From: the human T2T-CHM13v2.0 reference genome, Homo sapiens
DNA length: 64,000 nucleotides
Reading direction: 5' to 3' (one strand)
Assembly: GCF_009914755.1 (NCBI RefSeq)
Contig: NC_060941.1
Program-made: the position numbers and the translations under genes
In this document: positions 24,114-40,046 of the stretch, piece by piece
Layout of the letters: each line of letters begins with the position of its first letter
How positions within the stretch are numbered: position 1 is the stretch's first letter
Notes under the pieces: model-generated
Told to the model about the DNA's origin: nothing
The model's database searches: none
The model's input: only the letters and a program-made list of their open reading frames with translations

Positions 24114-24837
24114 CTAATACTTTAAAGAGGCAGGCTGGAAGATGGAAGAGCAGATGGGACGTGACCCACAGAAGCCAGGCAGGGAGGAAAAACCCTCAGC
24201 TGTGCAGAAATCTGGTTTCTCTCAGCCTGCACTGGCACCATCTTCAGTCTTCCTCACTCCCATTTAGAATCGGACAGCAGGGACCGCATCCCTGCTTAAA
24301 GTCAACAGTTCGAGGACAGGGGCAGGTCTCCTTGTCTGTGAACAGGCAATATCTCTGAGATTAATTTACACGCAATGCCCACAGCCAGTGTGGTCTTGAG
24401 AGGACAAGACACCTGGCAGATGTACAGCCCAGGTGGGGAAGGTGAGGGCAGAGTGAGGCCCCCAGTCCTGTTGACCCTTCATGGGTCACAGAGGCAATGG
24501 GAGAAGGTCAAGCCATGGCAGCTGGGCTCACGGGGCATCCAAAAGGATCCTGCCCAAGAGGACACTTGGAGAAGAGGACAGGGGAGAGTGTGTGGAGGAG
24601 AGAGAACCTGCAGGGCTCCTGCTTGGGGGAGGTGCTGGAGCCAGAGGGTGCTGGGTGTTTGGGCCCAGGGAACCTCGCTCTCTACACCTTGCTTATCCTA
24701 AGAAAACTCAGAAAGGCATGAGGCGCCACCTCAGCAGAGCCAGGCAGGGCCAGGGAACCACGCACGGGGTGTGGATGTGCTCACCGGGTGGGTGTGCTCC
24801 AAGCAGCTGAGACCTAGAAGAGGAGCCTGTGACTTAC

Positions 24838-24858
24838 CTCCGCCCACAAGCGAGCCAC
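24838..24858 (-). other. MYH3: MYH3 exon 1 (non-coding; TSS approximate)
   Basis: GAG|GTAAGT donor at 24838/24837; starts about 30 nt downstream of TATAAAA. Confidence 0.8.
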
Positions 24859-24882
24859 AGAGGGCTGGCTGCTCCCCGGGGC

Positions 24883-24932
24883 TTTTATAGGCCATTGGTA
24901 ACCCCCGCGGCTCATTCCTTCTCTATATTTGG
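24883..24932 (-). promoter_or_regulatory. MYH3: MYH3 core promoter: TATA, CCAAT, M-CAT and CArG/MEF2-like site
   Basis: Minus-strand TATAAAA 24883-24889, CCAAT 24894-24898, CATTCCT (TEAD) 24913-24919, CTATATTTGG 24923-24932. Confidence 0.85.
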
Positions 24933-25559
24933 CAAGAGGATGAGTGGCCCCCCCAAGCCGAGAACCAGCTTCTTCCACACGTATCTTTGTCGTTGCCAAG
25001 GGAAAGGTATAATTAGAAATGAGCAGGATCCATCACCATTTTCCGACCGCAGAATGTCAGGAGCTTGGGATGCCTTTCTCTGAACTTGGGGCCGGTGCTC
25101 CCTCCCCTGATGGGATGGGATGGCCTCACTCCAGGAGGAGTTGCGGGGGCAGCCACCTCCGTTCTCAGGCGCTCATCACACCCTGAACGCGGCGTGAGCC
25201 CCTAGCTATTGGGCACCAAGGACTGAAGTCGGGTGGCTTACTTAGAAATCTCATCATATGGAAAAGTGAATAAGACTGAGGGTGAAAAGTTGAAATCCTT
25301 TTTGAATTTTGAGCAAGATTTTATCACAACCTTGGGTTGTGATTGCAAAACCTGTGCCAGGAATAATTAATAATAATAATAATTAATAGCAATAATTCCC
25401 CTCCCCCCTTGCCCTCTTCTCCCTTCTCCTCCTTCTACTCCTCTCCTTCTTTCTCTTATTTTCTCCTATGCAACGTTCTGTCTCGTTAGTATCATTATTA
25501 ACTTAATTCTTTCTTAAGCTCTAATAGGACCAGCCAGTTAAGTTAGTGACGTGGATCTA

Positions 25560-25760
25560 TGCTGCCAGCTCGTATTCCCGGCGACAGCTGCCTGAGGACC
25601 TGTGGCTATTAAGACAGATTACCAATTAGGAAAGACCAGCTGCTGGCTGGGATAGGGTAGGGGGAACGGTGGTGGCCTGCAGAGAAAGGGCGGACAACGG
25701 GGGGCTGTCTAACAAATGTGGTCATCTCTAAATCAGGAGTGGAAAAATAAAGCCTCAAGA
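25560..25760. promoter_or_regulatory. Candidate upstream myogenic element (E-box cluster)
   Basis: CAGCTG 25585 and 25637, CAAATG 25713, GGAAA sites, GC-box 25688; 0.7-0.9 kb upstream of TSS. Confidence 0.45.
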
Positions 25761-27000
25761 GAAGAGTAAAGTATGTCGGACGCTTTTGCCCATTCTCGTT
25801 CTACTTTTTTTTTCTTGACAAATCTTTGGGAGGATGGCTGGGTGGGCACCCTGTGGTTGCTTATTCCAAATAGAACTGTTTGTCCATGTTTCCCATAGAA
25901 ACCGCCCCTTCCATACACAGCAGTACCAAGCCCCGAAGTGGAGGCCACTCCATGAGGTCTGCGTGGGACCGGGGAGGCAGGGCTGCGGTCTCAGGGCAAA
26001 GGCACGTGTATGAAACATCCTCTGTGCTCTGGCCCTTACACACAGTGCTTCGAGAAGACGCAGAGGAAACAGAAGACGCAGCCTTTACCCTTAAGGGTTT
26101 GAATTCTAGATGATGAGTCCTGTGGATGCTACAGACGCATTTACAAAATTGAGGTGATTTCACATTGAAGCAACAAGTTTATGAAGCGCCTGTTCCGTGA
26201 ATGCCAGGCAAGGCCAGTGGCCGCCAATGGAGTCAGTTGGGCAGGGCTCACTCACCCCTTGCCTGTCCACCAGCCACTGAGCGTTGCCCCCACCCACTGC
26301 CCCTCTCCCTCCAGGTGAGACTGACATGTCCATCCTTGGAGCCCCTCCTCATCCAAGGAGAGGGTAACCGTCACTCCTAAAGTGTCCGTCCATGTCGTAA
26401 AGGGAGTGGTCCCCTGGGGCTCTGCCCTGTTGGCCCAGTGATGCACTGTCTCCTTGGGAGTATTGGTCAGGACAGCCACGGACAGGTAAATATCACCGAG
26501 GGGAGCAGCGGTGTTAACAAGGTCCGTGGGGTCAGGGGACAGGGCAAGCTGTCCTGGCTACATCTCCAGCAGTGGTGTATGCAGGGCAGGCTGTGGGTGT
26601 GGCGGGGGTGGACGTGGGAACTTGCAGTTCCTACGTCAACACCCAGACCTGTTGACAGGAGGAACTGTGTGGAAATGAAATAGGGGGCAATTTTGCTTTT
26701 TCCCTTTTGCAGTGACCAATGTACTCATCTATCTATATAACTACATCCATACTCACCTCCAGGAGACAGAAAAGAAATATTCCCTTCAACATTTCTTTTA
26801 GTTCCCTTAAGAGAGCACCCATATCACGTTAGGACCTAATACAAGCTCTAAAATGCTGATGGCTTCTCGCCTGGCTTTCCACACTGTCCTTGTTTCCTTC
26901 CTTCTCTTCATCAGAATTCTTCATCTTCAGCAAACAAATATAAGTGAATCTAGGAGAAAACGTCACAGACTCCTAGAGTGTTCAGCTGTGAGATCTTGGC

Positions 27001-27292
27001 AGTTTCTTTTAGTCTGGATCATTCCTCCTATCTTACGTATTTATTTTTCAGTAATATAGACATCACTGGACACTTTTTATGTGTCAGGCACAGAACCCAG
27101 AACTTCCAGAGTGCTCCACATGGAGATGGCCTGGTCCCTGCCTTCAAAGAGGCATTCGTCTGTAGGGCTGAGAAGAGGAAGACACGTTCCCCCAGATGAA
27201 CTGTGTGGTACAAGATCAAAGGTGTTGAGTGGACCAGAAAGGCACCCATGCTGATCGCGTTCAAATGAGGGAGAAAGAACACCCTGCTGAAC
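27001..27292 (+). repeat. Copy A of ancient local duplication (partner 30285-30918)
   Basis: Colinear alignment by eye across about 290 nt. Confidence 0.85.
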
Positions 27293-27579
27293 CATCTCTT
27301 TGGCTGAACTGTCTCCTTTTCAGATGAGGAAACCGAAGGCAGGAGCCACAGGAAGCTTGCTGGAAGCGGTGAGAAGAGGGCCAGCGTCAGGGATAGAGGT
27401 CAGCTCTCCAGGAGAAATCCCGCAGTGGCTGGAAGGGACAGCACCCACGGCAGTCTGGAGAGCAGTTGAAAAGCTGGATATCAGGAATCACAAAGTCTGG
27501 TCATTTGGAAACGTATCTTTAGGAGAGGTGAGAACTGCATGTACTTCCACAGCAGCAGGTCGGAGCAGGAGGAGCATGG

Positions 27580-27800
27580 AGCTGAGAGTCCTACAGGCCT
27601 GGATGTGGATCCCGGCTTGCCCGCTTGCACACCACGTGATGGCAGGCAGTGTGCTTCTTTGAGCCTTCGTCTTCTCCTCTGTAAAACGGGGGTGACATAC
27701 CTGCCTCCCAGACTAGTTATGTGCATTCAGCGGGATATCCCAACATCGCACACACCATGCCTCGTGCTGTGTTTGGTACATTGCAGGTGTTTGCCAGGTG
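27580..27800 (+). mobile_element. MIR fragment
   Basis: tgagccttcgtcttctcctctgtaaaacgggg MIR core. Confidence 0.65.
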
Positions 27801-27942
27801 TAAGTTTTCTTCTCTACCTGCAGATTATGGCACAGTGTGACTGGTTTTCTTAATGAGAACCCTGAGTAAATTACACTGAATATATGTCTTATTGAGATGG
27901 GGAGGGAGAAAGAGACATATGTAATATTAAAAAATAGTTTCT

Positions 27943-28889
<947 letters not shown>

Positions 28890-29557
28890 TAAAGAAGAGA
28901 GTCTCTTGCTGCTTCAAGAGATAGCTTCAGGAGTGAACTGGATCCTCTCTTGGAATTCATCCTCTGATGAACAGGGGACAGATGACTTAGTGGCATATTA
29001 TTAGCTGGCTTTTGGGAACAGAAGGAGCCCTTATTCTTTCAGCCATCACACAGCCAGGGATAATCCCCACAGCCAGGGCAGAGCTGCATTTATCCCTTGA
29101 TGGGCTGGAAAATATATGTATTGTGTCTCAAGAATGCAGGCCGGCTCAGCAGGCAATGAATCAGGTGGCTGCCCCCTTCTTCACGATGCTCGGTCACTTC
29201 CTGCCCAGCTATTTTCTCCACCGCCGCCGTTTGATGTTCAGTCCTGAGAACGGATGCTGGGGCTCCCAGCCTCGCAGCATCATGCCCAGGACCGCTGTCT
29301 GCCAGAGCATGAAGTCAGCCTTGGAGAGCACATGGCTCCTGGATCAAGAGCGTTCTCCATGCCCCACTGTGATGGGGATTAGGTGTCACTAGAAATGAGG
29401 AACTCGGTTATCCTGAGCCAAGACCATTCCCTGGCACTGAGGTGAAGGGTGGGGGTCCTAAGCCAAAATGCCCAGAGTCTCAAGAAGAAATTCAAGAAGA
29501 GAGAGGCCATAACTCTCCTTTTAGTTCAATTCAACTATATTATGCACCTTCCCCAGC

Positions 29558-29870
29558 TTTCTTTCTTTCTTTCTTTCTTTTTTTTTTTTAGACAGGGTCT
29601 CACTCTGTCACCCAGGCTGGAGTGCAGTGCCATGATCTTGGCTCACTACAACCTCGGCCTCCCAGGTTCAAGTGATTCTTGTGCCTCAGCCTCCCAAGTA
29701 GCTGGGATTAGAGGGAGGTGCCCCCATGCCAGGCTAATTTTTGTATTTTGAGTAGAGACCGGGTTTTCCTATGTTGTTCAGGCTGGTCTCAAATTCCTGT
29801 CCTCAAATGATCCACCCGCCTTGGCCTCCCAAAGTGCTGGGATTACAGGCAGGAGCCACTGCGTCTGGTC
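29558..29870 (-). mobile_element. Alu
   Basis: Reverse Alu. Confidence 0.85.
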
Positions 29871-30284
29871 CCCAACTTTCTATCATGAAAAATGTCAAGC
29901 ATTTAGGTAAGTACAAAGCGTAATAAATGAACACCCATATCTAAATGCGACCACTGTTAACACTTTGCCAGTTTGCTTTCTCCCTCTCTCCCTTCTCTTT
30001 CTTTCTCTGTAGCTAAGTCTTATTTTGCTATGCCATTTGAAAGTAGTAGACAATATGCAAATTCACCCTTAAATATTCAGTATATATCTCCTAAGAAAAA
30101 GGACAATCTCCAAAATGCCATTGTTTTACCCAATAAAATTAGTAATAATTCTATATCATGTCTTAGGCAGTTCGCATGTAAATTTTTCCAGTTCTTCCAA
30201 CAATGGTATAGCTGGGTTCTCCCCAACCCCCAAGTAAAGATGGAATCTTTTTTTAGGCATTACACTTGATGAGTATGTCTCTTT

Positions 30285-30918
<634 letters not shown>

Positions 30919-31329
30919 AAGGTGGCCCCAGGGAGGGAATGCTAGGGCACTCTGTGAAGAGGCATTCATGTGGGGCCCTGTGGAGCAGGAAGAGTGCTCG
31001 AGAAGTCAAGGGTGCAAGAAGGCATCCTCAGCAAGGGGACAGGAGGGCCAAAGGCAGAAGTGGGAAAGCTCACAGGGGCCCAGGAAATGAAGGCTTCTGG
31101 AAAGCTGTGGTACAGGGAAAGCCAAGTCGACAGACATCAGACATTGATGGATTTCTCGAAGGGTCCTTTCCTCTGGGAGGGGAAATGGGTGGCTGGGGGG
31201 ACACAGGACAGGAGGGGGACTTTCTTTTGGCTTTTTGCTATTTACCTTTCTGTAACTTTTGAATTATGTGCTTGGTATATGTGTCACCTATTCCAAAAAC
31301 TAACTAACACTTAAAAAAAGGTCTAACAT

Positions 31330-31728
<399 letters not shown>

Positions 31729-32658
31729 TCACTGTTAATGCAGGAGTAAAAATTGCTAGCACATTTTCGTCTCTGCTCTGCTAAAGATATTGTGAGCATT
31801 GGTTCATCTAATGCTCATGTAAACTCTGCGAGGGAGGCACTATGATTAGCTACGAATCCCAGAAGAGGAAACCAAGGCACGAGACAGGTAGAGAAACTTG
31901 CTTGGGGTAGGTAGCTAGTGAGTGACCGGCCAGGATTATAATGGAGTCCGGTTTGATGTCAGAGCCTTGCAGAGAACCACCTCCCTAACTATTAATACAT
32001 GAGAAAAGATTAGGGGATGGACGGTTCAGGAGTTATGACATAAGCTGGAAAGTTTGCAAAGTTAATCAGAGTAAATTTCCTGAAAATGTCAAACTTCGAT
32101 CTGTGAGTGAAAGGGAGAGCTGGTGCTGAAAGATGAACAAGTAATGAGTTGACGGGGAAACCTAAGCCACGGGGAAACCTAAGGAGAGGACTCAAGATGA
32201 GAGTCAGGTCCAAGACACTCAGCTGGCAAAAAGGAGACGACCCCGTATCTATGGTGGGGCAGGTGGCGGCTACCGTCGCAGGCTGCATTGAACTCAGATG
32301 ATTGACGGGACCCTTGTGGTAGGGAGCTCAGAGCAACATGATTGAAGCCGAGAAGAATGATTTGAGCAAAACAGGTGAAGACAGATTCCAAGGACAAAAA
32401 AAGGAGGCAGGCATGGCCCAGGACCTTGCCAGGGGATTTGGAGAAAGGAATTAAAAGTAATGGATGGGCCTGAACAATGACATAGACAAGGAAGCAGATA
32501 AATTAGTCTGCCAGCTATATATCAGGCATGGAAGGGAAAGATCAAAGATCACTGTGAGGTTACCAAAGGGATGAAATTGGGAGCAAACGGCATCATGATA
32601 ATAGAAAATATAGAAGAAAGGTGGCCAATTTGGGAGGTAGGGGTTGGTTAAAATGTAA

Positions 32659-32989
<331 letters not shown>

Positions 32990-33846
32990 ACTATAACCTT
33001 TAATTTAACACTGAATTTTTGTTTAAAGCAGCGATTTCAAACCTGGCTATCCCTTAGAATCACCCGAAGAGCTGTTTGTATAATCAATTGGTTCTGGAAG
33101 AAAAGACTCTATAGCAATAGAGAGGATAAAATACTTAAGAATAAACTTAACAGGAGATATGCAAAACTTTAAACTGCTGAAGGACACAAAAGTAGATATT
33201 CCTTGCTTTGGATAGGGTGATTCACCATCATAAAGATGTTAATTATCCTCAAGCTAATATATAAATGTAATGCAGTCCCAATAAAAATACCAACACTTCC
33301 TTTTTCTGGAGCTAGAAACTTGATTTTAAATTTTGTGGATGTATGGTAAAGAAAATACTGAAAAAAGAAAAGCCACAGGAGGACATTCTGCCAGATACTA
33401 AAACATACACTCTAAAGTCTACATAATGAAGAGGGCAGTGCTATGCATGAAGAGACAGACTGACCAGCGGAACAGCATAGAGAGTCCAGAAGGAGGCCCG
33501 GATACTTATGGAAATGTGATACCTGAAATGGCATCTCAAGTCAGTGGACCAAAGATGGACTCTTTAATAAGTGGTGATGAGACAACCAGATGGCTATTTG
33601 GAAAAAAAATGAATCCGGATCCATACCTCACACATACACCAGATTAAATAACAAATAGATCAAATCAAAATGCAAAGCCAGGAAACAGGCACTAAACTAG
33701 ATCATGGTAGATTCTTTTATAATCTGGAAATGGGGAAGGCCCACCATGACTCAAAAGCAGTAAAATAAAAAACAATAGATAAATCCAACATCATAACAAT
33801 TAAAAATCTTTATAGGAAAATTAAAATAGAGCCAAAAGACATGACA

Positions 33847-34330
33847 GGCTAGGCACAGTGGCTTATGCTTGTAATCACAACATGTTGGCCAGCTGAGGTG
33901 GGAGAATTGCTTGAGCTCAGGAGTTCCGGACCAGCGTGGGCAACAGAGTGAGACCTTGTCTCTACAAAAAAAAACCAGCAGGCATGGTGGTGCATGCCTA
34001 CAGTCCCAGCTACTTGGGAGTGGCTCATGCCTGTAATCCCAACACTTTGGCCAGCTGAGGTGGGAGAATTGCTTGAGCCCAGGAGTTCTGGACCAGCGTG
34101 GGCAACAGAGTGAGACCTTGTCTCTACAAAAAAAAAAAAAAAAAAACTTAAAAAACTAGCCAGGCATGGTGGTGCATGCCTGCAGTCTCAGTCTCAGCTA
34201 CTTGGGAGGCTGAGGGGGGAGGACTGCTTGAGCCCATGAGGCCAAGGCTACAGTGAGCTACAATCACGCCACTGCAGTCTAGCTCTGGCAACAGAGCAAG
34301 ACAAAAACAAAAACAAAACAAAACTAAAAG
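33847..34330 (+). mobile_element. AluJ-like element with internal tandem duplication
   Basis: 33858-34020 repeated at 34020-34208. Confidence 0.85.
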
Positions 34331-34948
34331 ACGTGATAAAATGGAAGAAAATATTTGTAATTTACATCACAAAGGGCCAACTTCCTTAATGCATAAATAA
34401 TTCTTAGAAGTTACGAAGAAAAAGACAAGGAAAACAACAAAACCCTGCAGATAGCAACAAATGGCAAATAAACAAGCAGACGGTTTATAGAAAATGATAC
34501 ACAGAAGGGCTTTAAACATATGAAAAATGCTTACCTTTCCCTATTTAAGAAAAATGCATATTGAAAACACACTTTCTAACCAATCACATTGGAGAAAATC
34601 CAAATGCTGGGCAAGACATTCTGTTGGCAAAGCTGTCATAACACACACACTCACACTTTTCTGGTGGGTGGAAAATTGTGCAACTGCTACGGAGGATAAT
34701 TTAGAAAAACAAACTAGCAAAATGATACGTGCAATTTCCCTTCCATTGGGAAAACCACTTCTAGGAACCTACGGTAAGAGATATTTTCACAAATACTAAA
34801 ATACTGTGAGCATAACGATATTTATTGTGGCACTGTTCATAATAGTAAAAGATTGGAAACAGCCTATGTTTATTGACAGGAGGCTAATTGAATAAATTAT
34901 GTTATATCCACATGAGACAATGTTATGCACCCTTAAAAAAGAATCAGA

Positions 34949-35249
34949 GGCCGGGTGCAGTGGCTCAAACCTGTAATCCCAGCACTTTGGGAGGCCAAGG
35001 CAGATGGATCACTTGAGGATAGGAGTTTGAGACCAGCCTGGCCAACGTGGTAAAACCTCATCTATACTAAAATACAAAAATTAGCCGGGTGTTGTGACAG
35101 GCGCCTGTAGTCCCAGCTACTTGGGATGCTGAGGCAGGGGAATCGCTTGAATCCAGGAGGCAGAGGTTTGCAGTGAGCCAAGATTGTGCCACCACACTCC
35201 AGCCTGGGTGACAGAGCAAGACTCTGTCTAAAAAAAAAAAAAAAAAAGA
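34949..35249 (+). mobile_element. Alu
   Basis: Alu consensus. Confidence 0.9.
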
Positions 35250-35661
35250 ATTAGAAAGGTCTCTATGAGCTGAAATAGGTTAATTTCCAGGATATAGCGT
35301 TAAAAAAAAAACAGTGTTCTGGAATGTAATATTTTGAGACAAGAACATCTAACATAGGAAGGATAAATCAGACACTATTGAAAATGATTACTTATAGAGG
35401 GTGAATGGGACCCAGGAGAGGAGTGCCTTCTTATATGATTTTGACTTTTGAACCATATAAATGGTTTACAGATTTGAAAATAAATGTAAATATAAAGGAA
35501 AAAGCAAATCCTGAAATTGAATATGAACAGAACATTAATAAATCTAACATATCAAACTGATAACATAACTACACTTACAAAAGACTTAATTCCTGTCAAT
35601 TTTGAAAAGTACTCTGTACATTCTTAGTGAGATATATTCAAAGCATAAAAAGAACTGCAGT

Positions 35662-35940
35662 GGCTGGGTGCGGCGGCTCACGCCTATAATCCTAGCACTT
35701 TGGGAGGCCAAGGCATGTGGATCACCTGAGGTCAGGAGTTTGAGACCAGCCTGACAAATATGGCGAAATCCCATCTCTACTAAAAATACAAAAATTAGCT
35801 GGGCGTGGTGGCGCGTGCCTGTAGTCCCAACTACTGAGGAGGCTGAGGCAGGAGAATCGCTTGAACACCGGAGGCAGAAGTTGTAGTGGGCCGAGATCAC
35901 ACCACTGTACTCCAGCCTGGGGGACAGAGGGAGACTCTTC
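35662..35940 (+). mobile_element. Alu
   Basis: Alu consensus followed by (TATC)n instead of A-tail. Confidence 0.85.
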
Positions 35941-36819
35941 TATCTATCTACCTACCTATCTTTCTATCTATTCAAATCTACAGCCTATTTTAGGTTGAAA
36001 GAGATCAAAGAGATAGAACAAAATGCAATACTACATGAACCTTGGTGAGGTCCTAGGTTGAAGAGAAAGAAGGAAAAAAGGAAAGGAAAAAAAGAACAAT
36101 CTGATGAGACATTTGGGGGACAAATTGAAGAAATTTGAACATAAACTGGATATGAAATGATACTCACGGAATTTGTTAATTTTCTTAGGTGTGTAAATAG
36201 CGTTACAGTTACGCAGGACACTGTTGCTTACTTATAGGAGTTTTAGACTGAAATATTTGGAGAAAGGTAACTAATACAACACACTGCAAACAAGAAGAAA
36301 ATAAAGGAGTTTACATCAGTAGTTTTCTGATGCTTTAGTTTGCTTTTCTTTTACCACAAGTGAGGTTGAACCTCAGCTTACACACTTGCTTGTCATTTGT
36401 AGTTCTGTGAATAGTCTTCATATCCTTTGCCCTTTTTCTCTTAAGATGTTAATGTTTTTCTATTTTAAGAACTTTCACATAGCAAAGATTTTAGTAATCA
36501 CTGTGTATATTACAAATATTTTCCCCATTTGTTTCTTATCTCCTCTGAACCTCTCTACAATCCCAGGGGTTAGGCAGAGCAGGTGGAATTATCCCCACTT
36601 GATTGATGGGGAAACTATGACTCAGTGGGGAATGTTTGCCCAGGGCAACAGGGCTGTGGGAAGACCTCATGTCCCAGGATGTCCTGCTGCCCCGCAGGGA
36701 TGTGAGCCCTAATAGCATCTTTTAGGATTACAGGACAAATAATTTTCCCTATACAAATTAAAATTTCTTAAATATTTGGGCCTCAATTTCCTCCTCTCTT
36801 ACCAAAAAAGTGGAGTTGA

Positions 36820-37488
36820 GGCCGGGTGCGGTGGCTCACACCTGTAATCCCAGAACTTTGGGAGGCCCAGGCAGGCAGATCACTTGAGGTCAGGAGTTCG
36901 AGACCAGCCTGGCCAACATGGTGAAACCCCATCTCTACTAAAAATACAAAAATTAGCCAGGCATGGTGGCTGGCGCCTGTAATCCCAGCTACTCAGGAGG
37001 CTGAGGCAGGAAGGCTGAGGCAGGAGAATCGCTTGAACCTGGGAGATGGAGGTTGTACTGAGCTGAGACCACGCCATTGCCCTCCAGTCTGGGTGACAGA
37101 GTGAGAGTCCATCTCAAAAAAAAAAAAAAAAAAGAGGAGTTGAACTAAATGACCTCTTAAGTCATCTTCAGGTTGGGCACGGTGGCTTGCGCCTGTAATC
37201 CCAACACTTTCGGAGGCCGAGATGGGAGGGTCTCTTGAGCCCAGGAATTTAAGACCAGCCCTGGCAACATAGCCAGACCCCATCTCTACAAAAAATAAAA
37301 AACAAAAAAATCAGCTGGGCGTGGTGGTATGTGCCTGTAGTCCTAGCTACTCCAGACGCTGAGGTGAGAGGATTGCTTGAGCCTGGGAATTTGAGGCTGC
37401 AGTGAGCCACGACTGCACCACTGCACTCCAGCCTGGGTGACAGACTGAGACCCTGTCTCAAAAGGAATAAAGAAAATAAAATAAAAAA
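36820..37488 (+). mobile_element. Two tandem Alus (36820-37133; 37171-37488)
   Basis: Alu consensus twice. Confidence 0.9.
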
Positions 37489-38436
37489 TCATCTTCAGCT
37501 CTGCTATCTTCTGATTCTGTGATTTAAGGCACAAGAGAGATTTACTTGGACCAAAGCACTGGCTTTATCTCAAAGCGTGTATGTATGTTGAAGGTGGGGA
37601 GGCAGAGGCAGCTGGGTTATCAGTCCCACGTGTGACATTCTCCAGGGGGAATGTCCATGACAGTACATTACCAACAACATTTCCTTCAGAGGCTTGAGTT
37701 CCGAAATGCCTCTCTCCAACCAAAAGCAATCAAGCACACACTGCAACAATAAACTCCAGCATTTCTGTTCCATGGCCAAAGAGTAGTAGGTCAAGGGAGA
37801 TACTACTTTTACCCACAACCCCTGCAGGCATCATCAGTGGATCACAGCACCCAACATTTGAGCCTGGCCACGGCTTCATAATCATACTTAGTGCTGTATT
37901 GTAGGAAGCAAATGACTTGACTGAAATTGACCCAGAGATAAACTATCTTACTGACACTAGACTATTTTTCCTAATGATCTTTTTTTTCACTGTCAGTTTC
38001 TCCAAGTGAAATTTACAGTGTTTTGTTTGTTTGCTTGTTTGAGATGGGGGTCTCACTGTGTTGCCCAGGCTTGTTTTGAACTCTGGGGCTCAAGCAGTCC
38101 TCCTAGTTCAGCCTCCCTAGTAGCTGGGATTGCAAGCACATGCCACAGTGCCCAATTAATAATGACTCTTTCTTACTGCAAAGTTAATATATGTTCATTT
38201 AGGAAGATGTGGAAAATAAAAAGCCATCCACAAACACACCACTATTATTAATGCCTGTTAAGGTTTGGGTATTTTTTTGTGCTTATGCAAACAATGGGAT
38301 CAAACTTCTACGGCTTACTTGCTCAAAGTACATATTGGATATCTTTTCAGATCATTAAATATTAATCAATAGCTCTATTTTAATGGTTCTACGGTACCCC
38401 ACTTATGAATGTACCACTGTTTTATCTGCTGTAATT

Positions 38437-38742
38437 GTTTTTGTCTGCTTGTTTTTTGAGATGGAGTCTTCCTCTGTCACCCAGGCTGGAGTGCAGTGGC
38501 GCGATCTTGGCTCACTGCAACCTCCAGCCCCTGGATTCAAGTGATTCTCCTGCCTCAGCCTCCCTGAGTAGCTGGGACTACAGGCACGCACCACCACGCC
38601 CAGCTAATTTTTTTTGTACTTTTAGTAGAGACGGAGTTTCACCATGTTGGCCAAACTGGTCTCGAACTCCTGACCTCAGGTGATCCGCCCGCCTTGGCTC
38701 CTAAAGTGCTGGGATTACAGGCGTGAGCCACCATGCCCGGCC
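38437..38742 (-). mobile_element. Alu
   Basis: Reverse Alu; TSD tctgctgta. Confidence 0.9.
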
Positions 38743-39122
38743 TCTGCTGTATCTTATGGATGCCCTAGAGTTGGGCATCTAGGTTGTTTTCCATTATTTA
38801 CTATTTCCATGATTATTACAAAAATACTGCAGTGAACAAATTCTTGTGCATATCTATGATTCTGTTAATAAATGCATAAAGATGGAATAGCTGGCTTGCT
38901 GTATATCAACAAATTGCTACCCAGAAAGACTGCCACACTTCACATTCCATCGCTTTCCATGTGAGAGTCCATTTTACCCCCATCCTCAATGGGTAACATC
39001 ATTCTTTTAGTGTTTTGTCAAACTGAGACAAAAATTCCACTGTTTGAATTAAATTATTAACTATTTGTATTCCTCTTTTCTGAAGCTGTTTGTGTCCTTT
39101 GCCCTGCTTTTTCTCAGGGTCA

Positions 39123-39452
<330 letters not shown>

Positions 39453-40040
39453 AGGGTGTTCATCTTTTATTTCCTTATGAATTTGTAAACACTGCTTATA
39501 TATCGGTGATAGTAACTCTTTGTTATATATTTTTGATCAAGCCTAGTAATGGTTTACTTTATGCTTTCTGCCTTTGCTGTCATGCTTACAAAAACCATCC
39601 CTACTATTTTAGTCTGACTTTGGTGGTTACAAAAACAGGCTCATTCTGAACCTCCAGAGAAAGAAAGGGAGGAGGCAGTGGGTATTGTAAAACTCATGTT
39701 CATTTTAAAGGAGGACACAGACTAAGAACCTAACTTGTTTCATTTCATTAATCACTGTTCCAATATTTTTAATAATCTTGATCATCATACTATCTTTGTT
39801 ACATAGTAACGTTTTACATAATATGGATCTATTCCATACTTTTATTTCCAACTGGATCTTTCTGTTAAATGCTACATAAGTACTACACTTTAAAAAAAGT
39901 ATTATGGCTCAGCAATATAGATTACTATTGATAAGGCAGGTCTTTCCTCCTTGGTCTTATTTTTCACATTTATTTTTCCAAATCTCAGAATCTTTCTGTT
40001 GAGCTACAAAAAAAAAAGACACTGTAATTTTTAAGTAAGG

Positions 40041-40046
40041 TTTATT
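40041..40046 (-). terminator. SCO1: Candidate distal SCO1 poly(A) signal AATAAA
   Basis: TTTATT on + strand, at the 3' end of an L1MB-like remnant. Confidence 0.5.

Larger units (their letters stand above)
33110..36290 (+). mobile_element. Old degraded L1M (ORF2 3' part and 3' UTR), interrupted by Alus
   Basis: aaaatacttaagaataaacttaac, gatccatacctcacacatacacc and other L1 ORF2-like blocks with many stops. Confidence 0.75.
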
